DNA of 60,478 nt, counting the filler, from Hausera hauseri (taxonomy: Eukaryota): NCBI GenBank assembly GCA_046269625.1. It is 10 parts of 10 records of this genome, joined end to end, with 100 filler letters (N's around TTAATTAATTAA, not from the genome) between each part and the next. Parts side by side here need not be neighbours in the genome. Positions count along the whole stretch, not along the records: positions 10,225 to 15,468 come from JBJURY010300612.1; positions 15,569 to 19,679 come from JBJURY010753986.1; positions 19,780 to 26,964 come from JBJURY010032669.1; 7 more parts are not named here. One strand, 5' to 3'. Shown piece by piece: positions 12,556-25,400 of this stretch. Both the position numbers and the translations under genes were made by a program. The notes beneath the pieces are model-generated. The model made no database searches, was not told the origin of the DNA, and saw only the letters and a program-made list of their open reading frames with translations. How positions within the stretch are numbered: position 1 is the stretch's first letter; the number at the start of each line of letters is the position of its first letter.

Positions 12556-13070
12556 CTGATGCAGCATTTCTGAGCATTGTTGCCAAATTTGCTATGATAA
12601 TAGCAAATAGATGACCGCGCGGGCGAAGGCGACCGTCTTTGACGTTGATTAAACACATTAGGGGAAGCAGCTCTAGAAAAACCCCGTCGAGGCAGCGTTA
12701 ATTCGTTTAATTTTTTGTTTATGTTGTTAAATGTTTTTTGCAGAATTTCATTTTCTGTGCGTAATTGCGCAATTTGTTGCTGCAGCATTGCATTTTGCTG
12801 TTGTTGGTCTGTTGTTAATGCCGCAGAGATAGTTGGTGCTGCATGTGAGTGCAGTACTTCATATCCTTTGTCCGCCAGTTCGGCTAGCTTGTCAACAGCC
12901 GTGGAGTCTTCGACCACAGTATGCAAAGCTCTTATTTGAAGGTGTAATGCATTTGAAAAATAGCGACGAATAAGTTCTGGACTATGCTCAGATGTAACGC
13001 CAAGGGTGTTGAGGTGAGACAAGGATGTGCGCAAGAATTCAGAAGGCTTCTGAAAGCCCATGGCGTTATC
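12556..13070 (-). pseudogene. gag: gypsy gag C-terminal fragment
   Basis: QKPSEFLRTSL...IRALHTVVEDST..KLAELADK...CYYHSKFGNNAQKCC; truncated exactly at the 57-bp repeat. Confidence 0.85.
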
Positions 13071-13079
13071 GACCTGTCT

Positions 13080-13981
13080 GAATAAATGAGACTTTTCAGA
13101 CCACCACATTGAATAATGAGTCTATTCGCTTTTTTGTAGTTTTTTCGCAAACCTTCGAGAATGGAAATAAATCCTCAATTTAAATCTTCATTAGGCCATT
13201 CAAATGCAGAAAACTGTGAAATGTTCAATTGGTTTATCAATTTCAAAACTTCATCATAGAAACTTTTTAGTTTAACTTGATAATTTGAAATTCTTTCTTT
13301 GCTATCATCGAAATCAGATTCACAGAAATAATTTTGTGTTGTAATTTCAATAGGTATAGATATTTTTCGTGCAGTATTTTCGAAAAAAACAGCAGTTTCC
13401 GGTTTGTAACTGCTTTGGCTGAAAATCTCACCCTTTTCACAGTCGGATAACTCACTAGCACCACCAGACTTGTGTCTGGATGTTGCTGGAAGAGCAGAAC
13501 GACTCTTTCCAGTTTCAACTTCGAATGTTAATTTTTTATTCAGAGGATATTCCTGCAGATGTTCGAGAGATGACATTCCGGTGGTTAATGTATACGAATT
13601 AGTACTTTGGTGGAAATGATTTTTCGGCAACGATTCCAATCTCTGACATGATCCACTGCCTTCCGTATATGACGTTGATCACAAACTTTCTTTACTTGAA
13701 TCCATTTCGAACAATTCCTCATACTGATGAATCGTTTCTAGTGCCAAATGAAACCCACCGAAGCCACTGCCGTCAGACTCATTTTCATTGATTGATACCA
13801 TTTTCCCTTTCCCTTGGTCCGTACACGACAAATCCAAATAAACGCGAGCATTGTCAGACACGTGAGGAACTTTTGAATTTTCAGATTTTATTTTATCTTT
13901 TTGAATTGTCAAATTGGCATCACTCTGACTTCGTTCCCAATTCAAATTATCAACGGAATTTTTTTTCGATTTGTTGAGCAC
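13080..13981 (-). pseudogene. Unknown reading frame between TRAF and gag, split by single stops
   Basis: ORFs 13679-13981, 13175-13639 and 12932-13150 share one frame; contains LTFEVETGKSRSALPA, which resembles a retropepsin FLVDTG..S.LP strand. Confidence 0.45.
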
Positions 13982-15240
13982 GTAACAACAAGGGTATGAG
14001 TTCTATGTTGTGAATCGTACGAAACAAAATCTTGAAACAGCCCATCATCGATCGAATGCGCACCACCTGAAATATACAAATTGTTAGACAATGCCTTCAT
14101 TCCAACTGAAACAAGTAATTTCAAAAATGACGCATACTCGTCTTTTTTCGGACGTACATTTTTACAGAACTCGGTAAATGATTCAGGTTGTCTGTTCCAG
14201 TTGTTTGGCCATGTACTGGTAGCAGATGAGAACGTCCAGCTACGGTATATCTTGTCTGTTTTAATATCGACAATGGCTATAGTTACAACCATCGGTATTG
14301 GCAATTCCAGTTTACTGTCAGACGGACCAGCGTGGATATGAAAATAAATTTTCATTCTTCCGACAGAATTTAACTGCATTGCCAGATTCATTTTGTAACC
14401 CTCAATGCTATAAAAACTCTCCGATTGGATCAACTGCAACTTTTGACATTTCTGTGAAAGTTCTGGAATTATCCATTTGAAATTGGCATTAGGAAAATTT
14501 CTCATCGTAGTCTCAGGAACTGATGGATTCTGAACCCTCGAATCCAGTACCAAAGAATGCATTGCACATTTTTCCTCTTCCAACAATTGCACCAATCGAT
14601 TTTCAAATTCTGATCGAGCAGTTCTTTCACTTTCTAATTCCTGTTTCAATTGTTTCACCAATTCTGTTGAACCTTTGTACTGATTTTCCAACTGCTTCCT
14701 TTTCTCTTGTTCTGCATGCAGCTTTATTGACATTAAATTGAGTCGATTCTCCAAATTTCGTATTCCTTCGACAAGCAATTCCATGTGGTGCACATTCATT
14801 TCATCCAAATGCTGACCCCTATTTCGTTTGACCAAATTCATTTCATCACACCCGAATACACCAAAAACGCAGCCAGACGAACGATTTTCACAAATTCGCA
14901 CGTGGGTAACTATTGTCGACAAATCACAAATTTCATTGCACATTTTATGTGGACATTTGACTATATATTTGGTAATTTCTTGAAGTGCTTGTCGATCTAC
15001 TTGTAAATCTTTGGAGAAATTTGATAAATGCTTTTGGCAGTCATCAGAATCTCCAGGACACTTTTTGGCACTGGGTTCGAGATAGTGTTGAATACAATTT
15101 TGGCAATAAATGCAAGAACAATAAGCAATCATAGGGTTGACAGCGATTTGACCACATATTCGGTACAATAAATATTCTTTGTCTTCATTTGGCAATGAAA
15201 ATTCATAACTGGTTAGCAAATCAACAATATCTTCATCCAT
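13942..15240 (-). CDS. TRAF-family protein (degenerate RING, TRAF Zn finger, coiled coil, MATH domain)
   Basis: RICGQIAVNP..CSCIYCQNC..KKCPGD; CPHKMC..HVRIC; CVFGVFGC..H....HHMELL; coiled coil; FKWIIPELS..SESFYS.EGYKM..GPSDSKLELP (MATH). Intronless. Likely ATG at 15240 (ORF track starts at TTG 15270). Confidence 0.88.
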   Translation of the reverse strand: MDEDIVDLLTSYEFSLPNEDKEYLLYRICGQIAVNPMIAYCSCIYCQNCIQHYLEPSAKKCPGDSDDCQKHLSNFSKDLQVDRQALQEITKYIVKCPHKMCNEICDLSTIVTHVRICENRSSGCVFGVFGCDEMNLVKRNRGQHLDEMNVHHMELLVEGIRNLENRLNLMSIKLHAEQEKRKQLENQYKGSTELVKQLKQELESERTARSEFENRLVQLLEEEKCAMHSLVLDSRVQNPSVPETTMRNFPNANFKWIIPELSQKCQKLQLIQSESFYSIEGYKMNLAMQLNSVGRMKIYFHIHAGPSDSKLELPIPMVVTIAIVDIKTDKIYRSWTFSSATSTWPNNWNRQPESFTEFCKNVRPKKDEYASFLKLLVSVGMKALSNNLYISGGAHSIDDGLFQDFVSYDSQHRTHTLVVTCSTNRKKIPLII

Positions 15241-15370
15241 TGAATACTCAAAAATAGCGGAATTATGCAATTATAAAACAATAGTTTTGTAAAGATCAGG
15301 GCGGTTATGATTTGTTGAAATACGACGAAAAAATGTTACCTTGAAATGTACTCTGAAACCAAAATGTTGG

Positions 15371-15427
15371 CTGGCTGAACAATATCCAGAAAATCAGCCA
15401 CAGTTTTGTCGTTTGGATTTGAGAAAA
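15371..15427. repeat. 57-bp perfect direct repeat, copy 2
   Basis: Identical to 12499-12555. Confidence 0.97.
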
Positions 15428-15468
15428 TTTTTGAGACAACTGGCTTTACCAGATTTGTAAATTTTCCA

Positions 15469-15568
15469 NNNNNNNNNNNNNNNNNNNNNNNNNNNNNNNN
15501 NNNNNNNNNNNNTTAATTAATTAANNNNNNNNNNNNNNNNNNNNNNNNNNNNNNNNNNNNNNNNNNNN
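15469..15568. other. Artificial contig linker
   Basis: 44N-TTAATTAATTAA-44N. Confidence 0.99.
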
Positions 15569-15679
15569 CAATGAACAATATACATTATTTATAAAACACA
15601 GATTCATCTGTCGGCACCGATTTCATCTGTGCGTGCGTGCGCGTATTTTATTCCAAACAACAATGTTCATACGTCCAAC

Positions 15680-18600
15680 TCTTATTTCGTCCCACCCACC
15701 TACTCTTATCATCACTGCATGATAAAGCGACTTTTTATTCATTACCGTATATAGCTGGTGCTCAATCGATCGGATGATTGTTTGTGACACAACAGCCTTT
15801 GATTGTCCTCCTCCGTCTTCTCCTTCTTCATAGACACGGCAATAATCATTGTGGTCGATTTCCGTCTGGGGCATCTGAACGCCTTTTGCGCGCATTTTCG
15901 GTCCGCAGTCTGTCAGGCCTTCGCTTTCATCCTTGAAGCAGCCGATTTTGTTCGTTATGGCGTTGCCATAAAGCGGATGATTCTGAGGGAAATCGGACGT
16001 GCCCAGTAGTCAATCTGCCATCATTTCCGGGAGCAGTTGGTCGCGATTGACGTTTTTCAGCTCAAGGAAAAAGCTGTCTGTGTCACCGGCAACGATACTG
16101 ATCTCACAACCGTCAAACATTTGCCGGTAATGTGCCAAGTCGCGATACTGGAACTCGTACATCCGCAACTTGTTTACTTGTCCGATATAGCTTGGTCGAT
16201 CCAGTACGACTTCTCTCTTTATCAGCACCGCATCCAATCCATCGACAATGTGCATTGACCGCCTGAACTGAGCCTTGCCGGTGTACGTAACCAGCCGCTT
16301 TTCATTGTTACATAGGCGCACATTGAGTCACTTTTTGAGCTTTTCTTCTGTTTTGCCGTAGAGAAAATTATTTTTTAACTAGTAGTAGTCTTTTTTGAAC
16401 TTTGTACAAGCTGCGACTCGCTTCACCGAATTTTCATCTATATACGCTTTGAATATGGGAGCCTGAGCAAATCGGATTGCACGATGCAGCTGTGTGACGC
16501 GTACACCGAACTGCATGTAGAAATGTAGCAGACGCCAATGGACCACGTAATTCAGCTTCGGTTCATTCGTCATAATCCCCTTCTTCACTTTTGAGGCTGG
16601 AGGGACATTGGTTAAATGGTGCGACTGGTAAATCGTCCAAAACGTCATGCAACTCATCTGGTATCTCGAGATCGACATTCATCAGGTATCCGACTAAGCC
16701 TGCTATGTTTGCTCGTGGTAGGTTGACCATTATGTCGTCAAAATATTGCCTGTGAACTACCCATTCGAATGAACTGTACGGCAAGGGTTGCGAAAGCACC
16801 CAGCCGTACAGGTTATTAATATCAATATACAGCATTGATGTGGTCTAGGTGGCGGCGGTAGCACTAACCTGATACTTGTTGACAAATGTCATGCCACCGC
16901 GAATACCAACATCAAACAGCCGATACATTTCCGGGTCTTGCAGCAGCTCAACTTCTCGATCCAGTGACATTACAGCTGACACCCAGCTCATTCCCGGTAT
17001 GGAATAAAAGTTGAGTAGCTCCAACCTATGTTCCGCCAACGTTTTTTCCTGAAAGGCCTGGAACATATTGGCTGATATGTACACGCCCTGTTTAAGATAC
17101 TGGAGTATGAACTCCAACAGGTTTTTACAGCCGAGCTCTGTCCAAGATTCCTGTGCTTTCTGATATTCAGCTTATGTGATGCCTGTCCATCGCGGTGGTA
17201 ATTCCTCTGCTGTCCGGAATCGCTCATATGATGTTGCAAAGTCATATGGAAATATGCCTTTTCTGCGTGCGATATGTGCGGGGAACTGCGTCAGCGCTAT
17301 CGAAACATCTGGCAAGGCATTTGCCAGCTTTGCCAATGATTCATTGAGACATTGCAATAAATCAAGGAAGCGTACCTGGAATCGGTTTACTCGTGCCGAC
17401 ATCGATAGGTATTTCTCCATTTTTGTTGGGATTATGGACAGTTTCCAGTGCGGAAAGCCATTAATTGCCAATTTGAGAATATGGTTATAGTAATAACATC
17501 GGAAATTATGAAAGATCACCGGCAGGAATAACCGCACGCGCTTTCATAAATTGCATGAATTGCATGCTGCTCCCGAGTATCGACCGGTGAAATGGTCGTG
17601 ATACGGTACGATCCGTTCCTGTGCATCAAACGGTATTATTCTGTGGCAGAGATAGCATTCATTGATGACAGCGAAAAGCAACGGTTTACATTCGTCTGCC
17701 CAAATCAGTGGCTTATTGCAATTGTTGCGATACCATGGCGCGATTTCCGTTTCTACTATGGTTTCCAACTGCTACAGGAAATCACGTACACAGTTCCAAA
17801 TATGGAAAACGTAATACTGCGGTTGCCCGGCGGCTTTTATTAGTACTAGCAACATACCGACGACAATTGGAACGTGGTTTTGATCGTATACATTGTGACG
17901 TGTTAGAATTGCTTCGATATCGGCATACACCACATACGCCGGACTGTCCGTTTTAGATCAATCACTGAATCTGAGCTCCGTTTTGACAGGCATGACGTAC
18001 ATTATTGTCCTTGATGCGTTTTGCCTGTATAACGTGACATGTTTCTCCTACGTTGTTTCGGATCTGAATCTATACAGGACACCATTTGCATTGTATTGGC
18101 TTTTTTATGAACTGGTCATACTCCCTGTTCAACAGTCTATCCAGATTTGTCATTGCCACGTAATGAAATTTTTCGGCCTGCTCCAACAGCAGTAAATTTT
18201 CCGAACATCAATTCAGGTTCCGACTACGATAAATTATGTCCACATGGGGGTTCTTATAAATTTCTTCGTCTTCTAGTATTTCAATTATTGTGTTGATTGA
18301 CAGCGTCAAATTGCGCCGTTCAAAAGCCGGAAAAGTTTTCAGTTTCATCGGCATACAGCATTCATAAAATTGCAATTCGACGAAATAATGCCTATACTGA
18401 TTCGAACGATTTGCATGATATTTGTTCACTTCGCTGTACTTCAATACAGCCAGAATACTGTACAGGAAACAGTATTTGTCGTCAGTATTTTGTACATTCA
18501 CTGCCGCCAGAGACTGCTTTAGAGATGCAGGTGTCGGTATGATTGACCGTCCAGACAAATATACCACGTCACCCGACTTTGTTATGATAAAGTCGAGTGT

Positions 18601-18990
18601 GACAATTTGTATAATTCGCCATCTACTACCCTTTTCGGTATAGTTGGCGATTTTCTCATCAAACTTTTCGCTTACATCGGCAATAAAATCTTTGGAATAC
18701 GGTACGGCTCGATGTAACAGACACCATTGTTTCCTGTCACCTTTAACATTTTCAAATTCTTCAAGTACGTAATATTGCACTTTGCAGTTTTTGCGTTTGA
18801 ATTTCTCTACCTCTAATTCAAACCGGCTGCGTACACTAGACGGAACATGCCTCAGCTCTTGTGTTGTTGTCCTCGACATGTTTACTTTCATGTCCACATC
18901 CGATTTGTTTAGATCGTGTGTGACAGAAATAAAAGGTTCCTGCTGCTGCTGCTGTTTAGTACTGTTTCGGAATAACTCGTCAAGACTTGT
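15680..18990 (-). pseudogene. Polinton/adintovirus-type protein-primed PolB, disrupted (second copy)
   Basis: VNVQNTDDKYCFLYSILA, HDHFTGRYSGAACNSCN, PVIFHN, RKGIFPYD, GIRGG, YIDINNLYG, KDYY, VAGDTDSFF, RAKGV; collinear with 6515-9870. Confidence 0.93.
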
Positions 18991-19092
18991 TGAGACCTGA
19001 CGTTTTATGCTTGTTGAGGGGATACTGGTTTTTCATGTCGCCATCACTATTTCCTTTTCGGAGCAAAGAAACTGGTTCAAGTTTTCCTTGTG

Positions 19093-19494
19093 CTAGTTAC
19101 AAAATTGTTCATAATTGATATCATCAACTATAGAACAACCGGGAAAAAGGTAGGCCCGTTTACCGTGCATCGTTATTGCGACATAGTACTGCTCCATTAC
19201 ACTATAGCAACCATCAATTTCATGCACTCCACTACTACAGTATCGCGGGTATGTAGGGCAATACAGATCCATTATCTTCTTTGCACGCGTAAACGGGCCA
19301 AAATGATGCTTGTGCATCGCATAAAAGTCGGGGTATGGACAAGGAGCCGAAATACAACCGCACCTTTGGCACAAATATGAGTCCGTGCCAACGGAGTAAT
19401 ATTTTGCCATCTGCTGATGGCACTGCTCCAGCTCCACATGTATGCGCGAAACGCAATATATGGGATAATTAGTACACTTCTGAATGGTAAACAA
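19093..19494 (-). CDS. Cys/His-rich putative Zn-binding protein of the pPolB element
   Basis: Open 133-aa frame with CQRC...HKH...YCPT; probably spliced at the 5' end (TTCAG acceptor before KCT; TTTAG before KCS in contig B). Confidence 0.7.
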   Translation of the reverse strand: MFTIQKCTNYPIYCVSRIHVELEQCHQQMAKYYSVGTDSYLCQRCGCISAPCPYPDFYAMHKHHFGPFTRAKKIMDLYCPTYPRYCSSGVHEIDGCYSVMEQYYVAITMHGKRAYLFPGCSIVDDINYEQFCN

Positions 19495-19633
19495 AATAAA
19501 ATAAATGTTTAATATTAAGTTATAAATACTATAAATTGAAATATGACAAATTATTTGTTGGTCTTGAGAAAAAAGGTTTCCTTACTCCCTTATAAACAAT
19601 TATTCTAAACACTGCAAAAACAACTAAATTCAC

Positions 19634-19679
19634 ATGGAACAGTTTATTGAAAGCGAGATTAAGAAATTGCCGATGACAT
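19634..19679 (+). CDS. 5' end of a homologue of 5610-5888 (contig edge)
   Basis: MEQFIESEIKKL vs MEDYIESEIRKL. Confidence 0.6.
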
Positions 19680-19779
19680 NNNNNNNNNNNNNNNNNNNNN
19701 NNNNNNNNNNNNNNNNNNNNNNNTTAATTAATTAANNNNNNNNNNNNNNNNNNNNNNNNNNNNNNNNNNNNNNNNNNNN
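19680..19779. other. Artificial contig linker
   Basis: 44N-TTAATTAATTAA-44N. Confidence 0.99.
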
Positions 19780-21412
19780 AAATGTTGTCAGGTGAAATGT
19801 GAATGTCATTCGTATTTATATCAATTTTTTAGTTTATAAAAATTTATATGATAAATAAAAAATTAATATATCATGCACACAATAACTAAAAACTCATTAC
19901 CGAAAAGAAATAAGATTTCTAATTCTATTTTTAGTAATTCCAAAAATACAAAGTTAACTGAATCAATTCGCAAATGTTTATTTAAAAATCGAGTGCATTA
20001 TTTGTACTGGCTGTTAATTAAGCAGTTGTCGAACTCGAACACACTGTTATGTTGAACATATTAATGAGGGAATTAAGAAGAAATTTTGTTACGATGAACT
20101 TTTCTGATATCCTTTTACTGCTGCAAAAATTCTGATGAATACAAATGGCAACAGATTCAATTTCTTTTTGTCTAATGTTTTCGTATGAGCAATCCAACAC
20201 GACACCAACACAACTTATTTCCGTAAATTCATTTTCATGTTTCGGGTCAGCAATGATGTGTAAATACGGATAAAAACAATTAAATGTGTGATGCAAACGA
20301 AATAAAACATCGTCACCGTGATAAAACAATAGAAAAATTTTTAAAAATGGCAATCGATGAAACAACGTGAAAAAAAATCATTTGCATAGCAAAAAACAGT
20401 GCCGTGTGTATTGTGAACAGGAGAAAATGTAATCCGATTTTGTTTGTATCGAAGTGCTGAAGTCAGCATATGCCAGATGGCCGAGCTTGGCCTTTATTGT
20501 GATTTGCTCCGGGATTGGTAAAAATATGGATCAGAAATCTGACACCATTGTGATTCCACTTGGATTGTTAAGCAGCTCATAAATTCATCAGTGAAATAAT
20601 GCAAACTGCAACAAATATTACTGACCTTATGGTGCTATACTTGACCACACTTGGTTCATCAATTCTTCAACACATCACTTGAAAAAAGGCTGATAAGTAA
20701 GCAAATAACGGGGAAAATCCGTTTTATTAAATGTGAACAATAAATTTACACAACGGTTTATAATGAGAACAAATCGAAACTGAAAGCACATAATTGTTTA
20801 TATTTTTTAAAAATGACATTAAAAATTTTCAGATATTGTGTTTTGTGCATTTAAACAACTGCAGGCCAACTGTAAGGATATATTTTCAAGGACATTCGGA
20901 ACTTATTTTAAATTCATCCCTTCTCACAAAAATACATCAGTACGCTATTTACGGTGATTCCATCCTACATGGTGTTTTGATAAAAACAAATACAAAACTG
21001 GCAAAAGGCATACGAAGGAAAACAAAATTTTTTACATTCACTAATTCGTTATATTTTTACAATACAAACATTCAAATTTCAATGAAGAGACATCATACTC
21101 CATTGTAAAAAATTTACACGATATCGTTACACAAGCAGTGAAGTTGAAAAGAAAACATCATTCAATATGAAGGTCAGGAAAATGTAAATATACACAAAAA
21201 TACGCAAAGCTGCAATTCATTAATATTTTAATGTTCCTATAAGCTGTTCGTCTGGCATTTTGTTGATTTGACTGTAATCTGAGGAAAACGAGTTGTATGG
21301 CTTAGTAATTGCAGAGCAATTTCTGATCTTTTGAATATAAGTAGAATTTTGGTATGATTTACAAGGATTTTGACTCAATGTTGAAAACCATGCAATTATA
21401 GAGGAATAATCA

Positions 21413-24400
21413 TGTAAAAAACAAAACCGTTTAACGGAGAGGTCCTCGGAAGGGAAAGCATGTCCCAGCCAACGACATCATCGGGGCGAAAACGCCGCAC
21501 CCGACTGTCCCCGCCAACATGGGCCACGGGACAACACAGCACTGTGGGCACCACATCACCCCCCCCCCATGGCGCAGCGAAAACTTTAGAGCGAGAAACA
21601 GTAAAAAATGTGCTAAAAGAAGTGTTTGTGTCCTATTCGGTTTTTGTATGTATCAGCAGTTGTACTTTATGGATATTTTGCTCTCTACTGCACTTACTGA
21701 AAGTAACTGCGTGTTTTGTTTGTCTGCCTTGAGTTAGCTTGTAGAGACGTAGGTTGAGGAAAAAAATTGTCGGATTTTACCGTGGGAGTTGTTTTAATTG
21801 TGGAAGGTGAAGGTTGAAAAAGTAAGTTAAACTGAAGGTGAAAAAGGGATGAAAGGTGGAGAGGATTTGAAGGATTGAAGATCGTAGGAAAATTGAGAAT
21901 CTGACGAGGATGGAAAAACATATGAAGTGGAGCAAAATCGGAAAAGTATGTTTTTGAAGAAAGTTGCAGATGTGAAGGAACTTGCGTTTTTAAAAAAATT
22001 GCGAAGAAGAATCGAGGGAAACTTTGCCTTCAAATGGAGGTCGTGTGAGGCTAATTAAGTTGGTTGAATTGAAGTAGCGGCAAAGGAATCAAGAAAAGTA
22101 GCAGTAGAGTTGGTGTTGGTTTGTGTGTCTTCAGGACAATCATCAACGAAAAAGGCTGGTTTTAAGTTGTGATGTGTACCTTTTGTTCTTTGCCACTTTT
22201 AAGAATCGTTGCCGTGTGAGAGGATAAAGAGTGTGGTTTGAACGGTCAAATGTATTGTAGCTGAAAACTACTGGGTGAAGGATTACGAAACCAGACAAAC
22301 TTAGCAGAATACAGATCATCTGATATGTTTGATTTGTTCTTATTTACTATTGTACAAAATGAATTCTTGTTTTGTGCTACAAAGTGATCTTGCGCATTTC
22401 GAATCAGTTCGTCTGTCGGTGTATCATTTATATCAATTAACTCATAAAGTGTTCGAATAGTTGTCCCAAACAATGCTTCAGCTGGTGCACAACCCATAGT
22501 GGTTGAGGGTGTATTTCGCCAACCGATCAAGAGAAGAGGTAGGAGAGATGTCCAATTGCTTTGTGATTCAGCAAATATTTTAAATGAGGTCTTCATTGTA
22601 CGATGGAATCTTTCCAGTAAACTGTTTGCTTGTGGATGATATAGAAAAGTGTGTATATGCTGACCCCTAAACGATTGACTAGGAATTTAAACAGTTTTGA
22701 CTCAGATTGTGGACCTTGGTGGTGATGAAGCTAGGTGAAGATTTCAACGGTTTTCAAACTTTCGCGTAAATGGTTAAATTGATGGACAAGTTCAGACATG
22801 CAGTGAATTGATTGTTTCTTCTTTTCAGACTATAAAAATGCAAAACGGTGCGGTTAGTTCAGAGCAATGTGGCATGTCTTTGTGAACAAAATGGAGTGCG
22901 ACAAGAAAAAGACGCATTTTTGTTGTTGTTCGTGGCAGTTGGAACCGCTGAGTTATGCGGTTTTGTTGAGAAGAGTGGTCAGATTTGGTGATGACGTGAC
23001 CAAGAGAGTGGGTTTTGTGTTGAAAAAAGAATATTTGGCAAAATTTACTTCTAGATTGTTTTGGTGAGGGCGTTGAAAAACTTACTTAGGAGATGACGAA
23101 GCAATGAGTATGTTGCCAATATAAGGAAATGCGAAGTTTAAACCATGGAGAACTGTGTCAATGTACCGTTGGAATGTTTGCGGGACACTACGGAGATCAG
23201 AGGACATGAAAACATATTCAAAAAGGCCGAAAGGTGTTGTCACAGCCATTTTCGGTATGTCATCAGGTGAAACAGGGATTTGATGGTAGGCTTTATGAAG
23301 ATCGATGGACAAAAATATTGCGCTGCTATGGAGTCCATGTAGAATGTCATGATGGAGTTTAATTAACGATAATTACCACAGGGCCTGAAAGTGCCGTCCT
23401 TCTTGGATACTACATGCAGGAGTGCGGCCTAAGGTGATTCTGATCTTCTTATGATTCCTGCTTTTACAAATTCATTGAACTCCAGTTCTACAACATTTCG
23501 TATTCGTAGAGAAAGTGGTCTAACCTTCTGTCTAATTAGCCTTTGGTGTCTGTTACCATGTGATGATACGTTGTAGATGCAGCCTTAAAATTGGGATCCT
23601 TCTTTAAAATTCTAGGACAAACGGTTGTGATGTAGTCACGAAGGACTACATCCAGCTGCATGAATGTAGGGGAAAATCGAAAGATCGTGTCAGTATTGAA
23701 AATTGTTTTCGTTGTTATTGTATGAATAGGATCACCTCAACCTGGGTTGTTAACATTCAATTTATATTTTATGTTAGGATTTTTTATCACGGACTTTGGC
23801 AGTATAGCCAGCTGCGCGATAAATGGTGCATTATCTCGTGAATCTGTATGATTTATTGTATCTCTAATCACACGAAGCCGTACGAAATCGACCAGCAATT
23901 GCAGTGGGATAAAAAATCAGAACCTAAAATTGGTGTTTTTATACTTGGAACAATGAACTTCCACTGAAAAACATCAGAATAATGTCGTAGGGTGTAAGAC
24001 ATTTCTGAAGTAACGAAAATGCACAGTGCTTGCACATTTGCGGTAGAGTTTAATTGACGTAGAGAGCATTTTTAGTGATGTTAAAGATAAAGGCAGTAAT
24101 GAAATAGCTACACCTGAATTGATCATAAGTTTAGTATTGTGTGAAAAGGACGTGAGTGCAGCATCCTATAAGGAAACGCCATTGGTTGAAGTACGGCAGT
24201 CAAAACGACAGAGATGACCTTTGCCAAAAGTTTCCGCAGTTTCTGGCGGCTTTACGCGTTTTTTTGATTTAGTAAAGCAGAAGTAACTGAAGTTTTCTGG
24301 GAGTAAAACGTACATCCAGGCAAGCAGTGTTTTGCACTGTAATTGAACTTACTGTGGTAGATGCAAACTGCATCGTGTGACTGGAAATGCTATGTATGGA

Positions 24401-25400
24401 ACCTACAGCCTGTACAGCATTTTTAGCATTTCGATTGAATTTGATGTGATAATAGCACATCATTTGTCGCAAAGGTGACTTCGCGGGTCTCGAGTTTGCA
24501 GACGACTGTCTGCTTCGATTGGCGCTAAATTGATCACGACGTGGCAAAGACAGGGCGTCAGTTTTACTTGCAATAACCGAAATGGCCTGATGTAAGGCTG
24601 CATTTTCGGCTTGTAAATTTTGAATATGGTTAATTATATTGTTCGTATTCGTTGGTGTTGTGTTTCTTGAAATGTTGCAGCTACTGTTGGTGAATTGTTA
24701 TTGTGAGAGATTTCGTTACTCTTGTCCGCTAGTTGCGCAAGTTCGTCGAGCGACGTGGAATCCTCAAGCACAGTGAGGAGTGCTCGTATTTGGATTGGTT
24801 AGGCTGATAAGAAATAAGGATGGAGAAGATTCGAGTCATTTTGTTGGTTTATCCACAAAGAATTCAATTGTGATAATGAAGTACGCAGAAATTCAGTGGG
24901 CTTTTGTTGTCCGAGAGTGTTCTCGTTGAAATATTTTTGTATAATGTAGACCAGTGAAGTCTCAGTTGATTTAGTCACGGCGTATGGTAGAGATTTGTAC
25001 GAGTCGAGTGGTTAAAGATGTCACAGAGATTAGTAATGTTGGATTTTATATTGGGTAGCAGATGAATCAGCAAACTATTAGTTTCCGAAATAAATCTGTG
25101 ATTTTGTGTAAGGCTAGCCACTTTGCGCGGACGTCAGGCCATGTTCTGCCGGAATTCTGAATATCAAGAAAGTAATCAACATACTAAGTGTGTGAAAGAA
25201 GAAGGTGTTGTCGACAGAAATGTTGTGTTTTGTGATTTGTTTATCTCGTCAGAATTGGGGACAGAGCAACCGCGAAGTTTGGGCATTAGCTGGAGATAAG
25301 GAGATGAAGAAGAATTTAGTCTAAGGGTGCATAACAGATCGTCGGAGTAAATAATAAGGCCATTTAGAGATAGAGCGAACTCAGAAAGATAAACGTCATT
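21413..25400 (-). mobile_element. Degenerate, internally deleted Ty3/gypsy element (gag, pro, RT, integrase end, PPT, LTR remnant)
   Basis: gag ~24260-25150 (CYYHIKF); protease-like LMINSGVAISLLP ~24100; RT IDLHKAYHQIP..TPFGLFEY (23082-23312); integrase YHPQANSLLERFHR..WRNTP (22246-22650); G10 PPT at 21559-21568 then TGA|TGTGG. Confidence 0.88.

Noticed and set aside
5565-19679. Two inverted pPolB copies flanking TRAF/ankyrin as one giant inverted-repeat element
   Set aside because: They are separate contigs joined by linkers; order and orientation are arbitrary
19873-21400. Short ORFs at the start of contig E
   Set aside because: No recognisable product; cannot be distinguished from decayed exons or AT-rich noise
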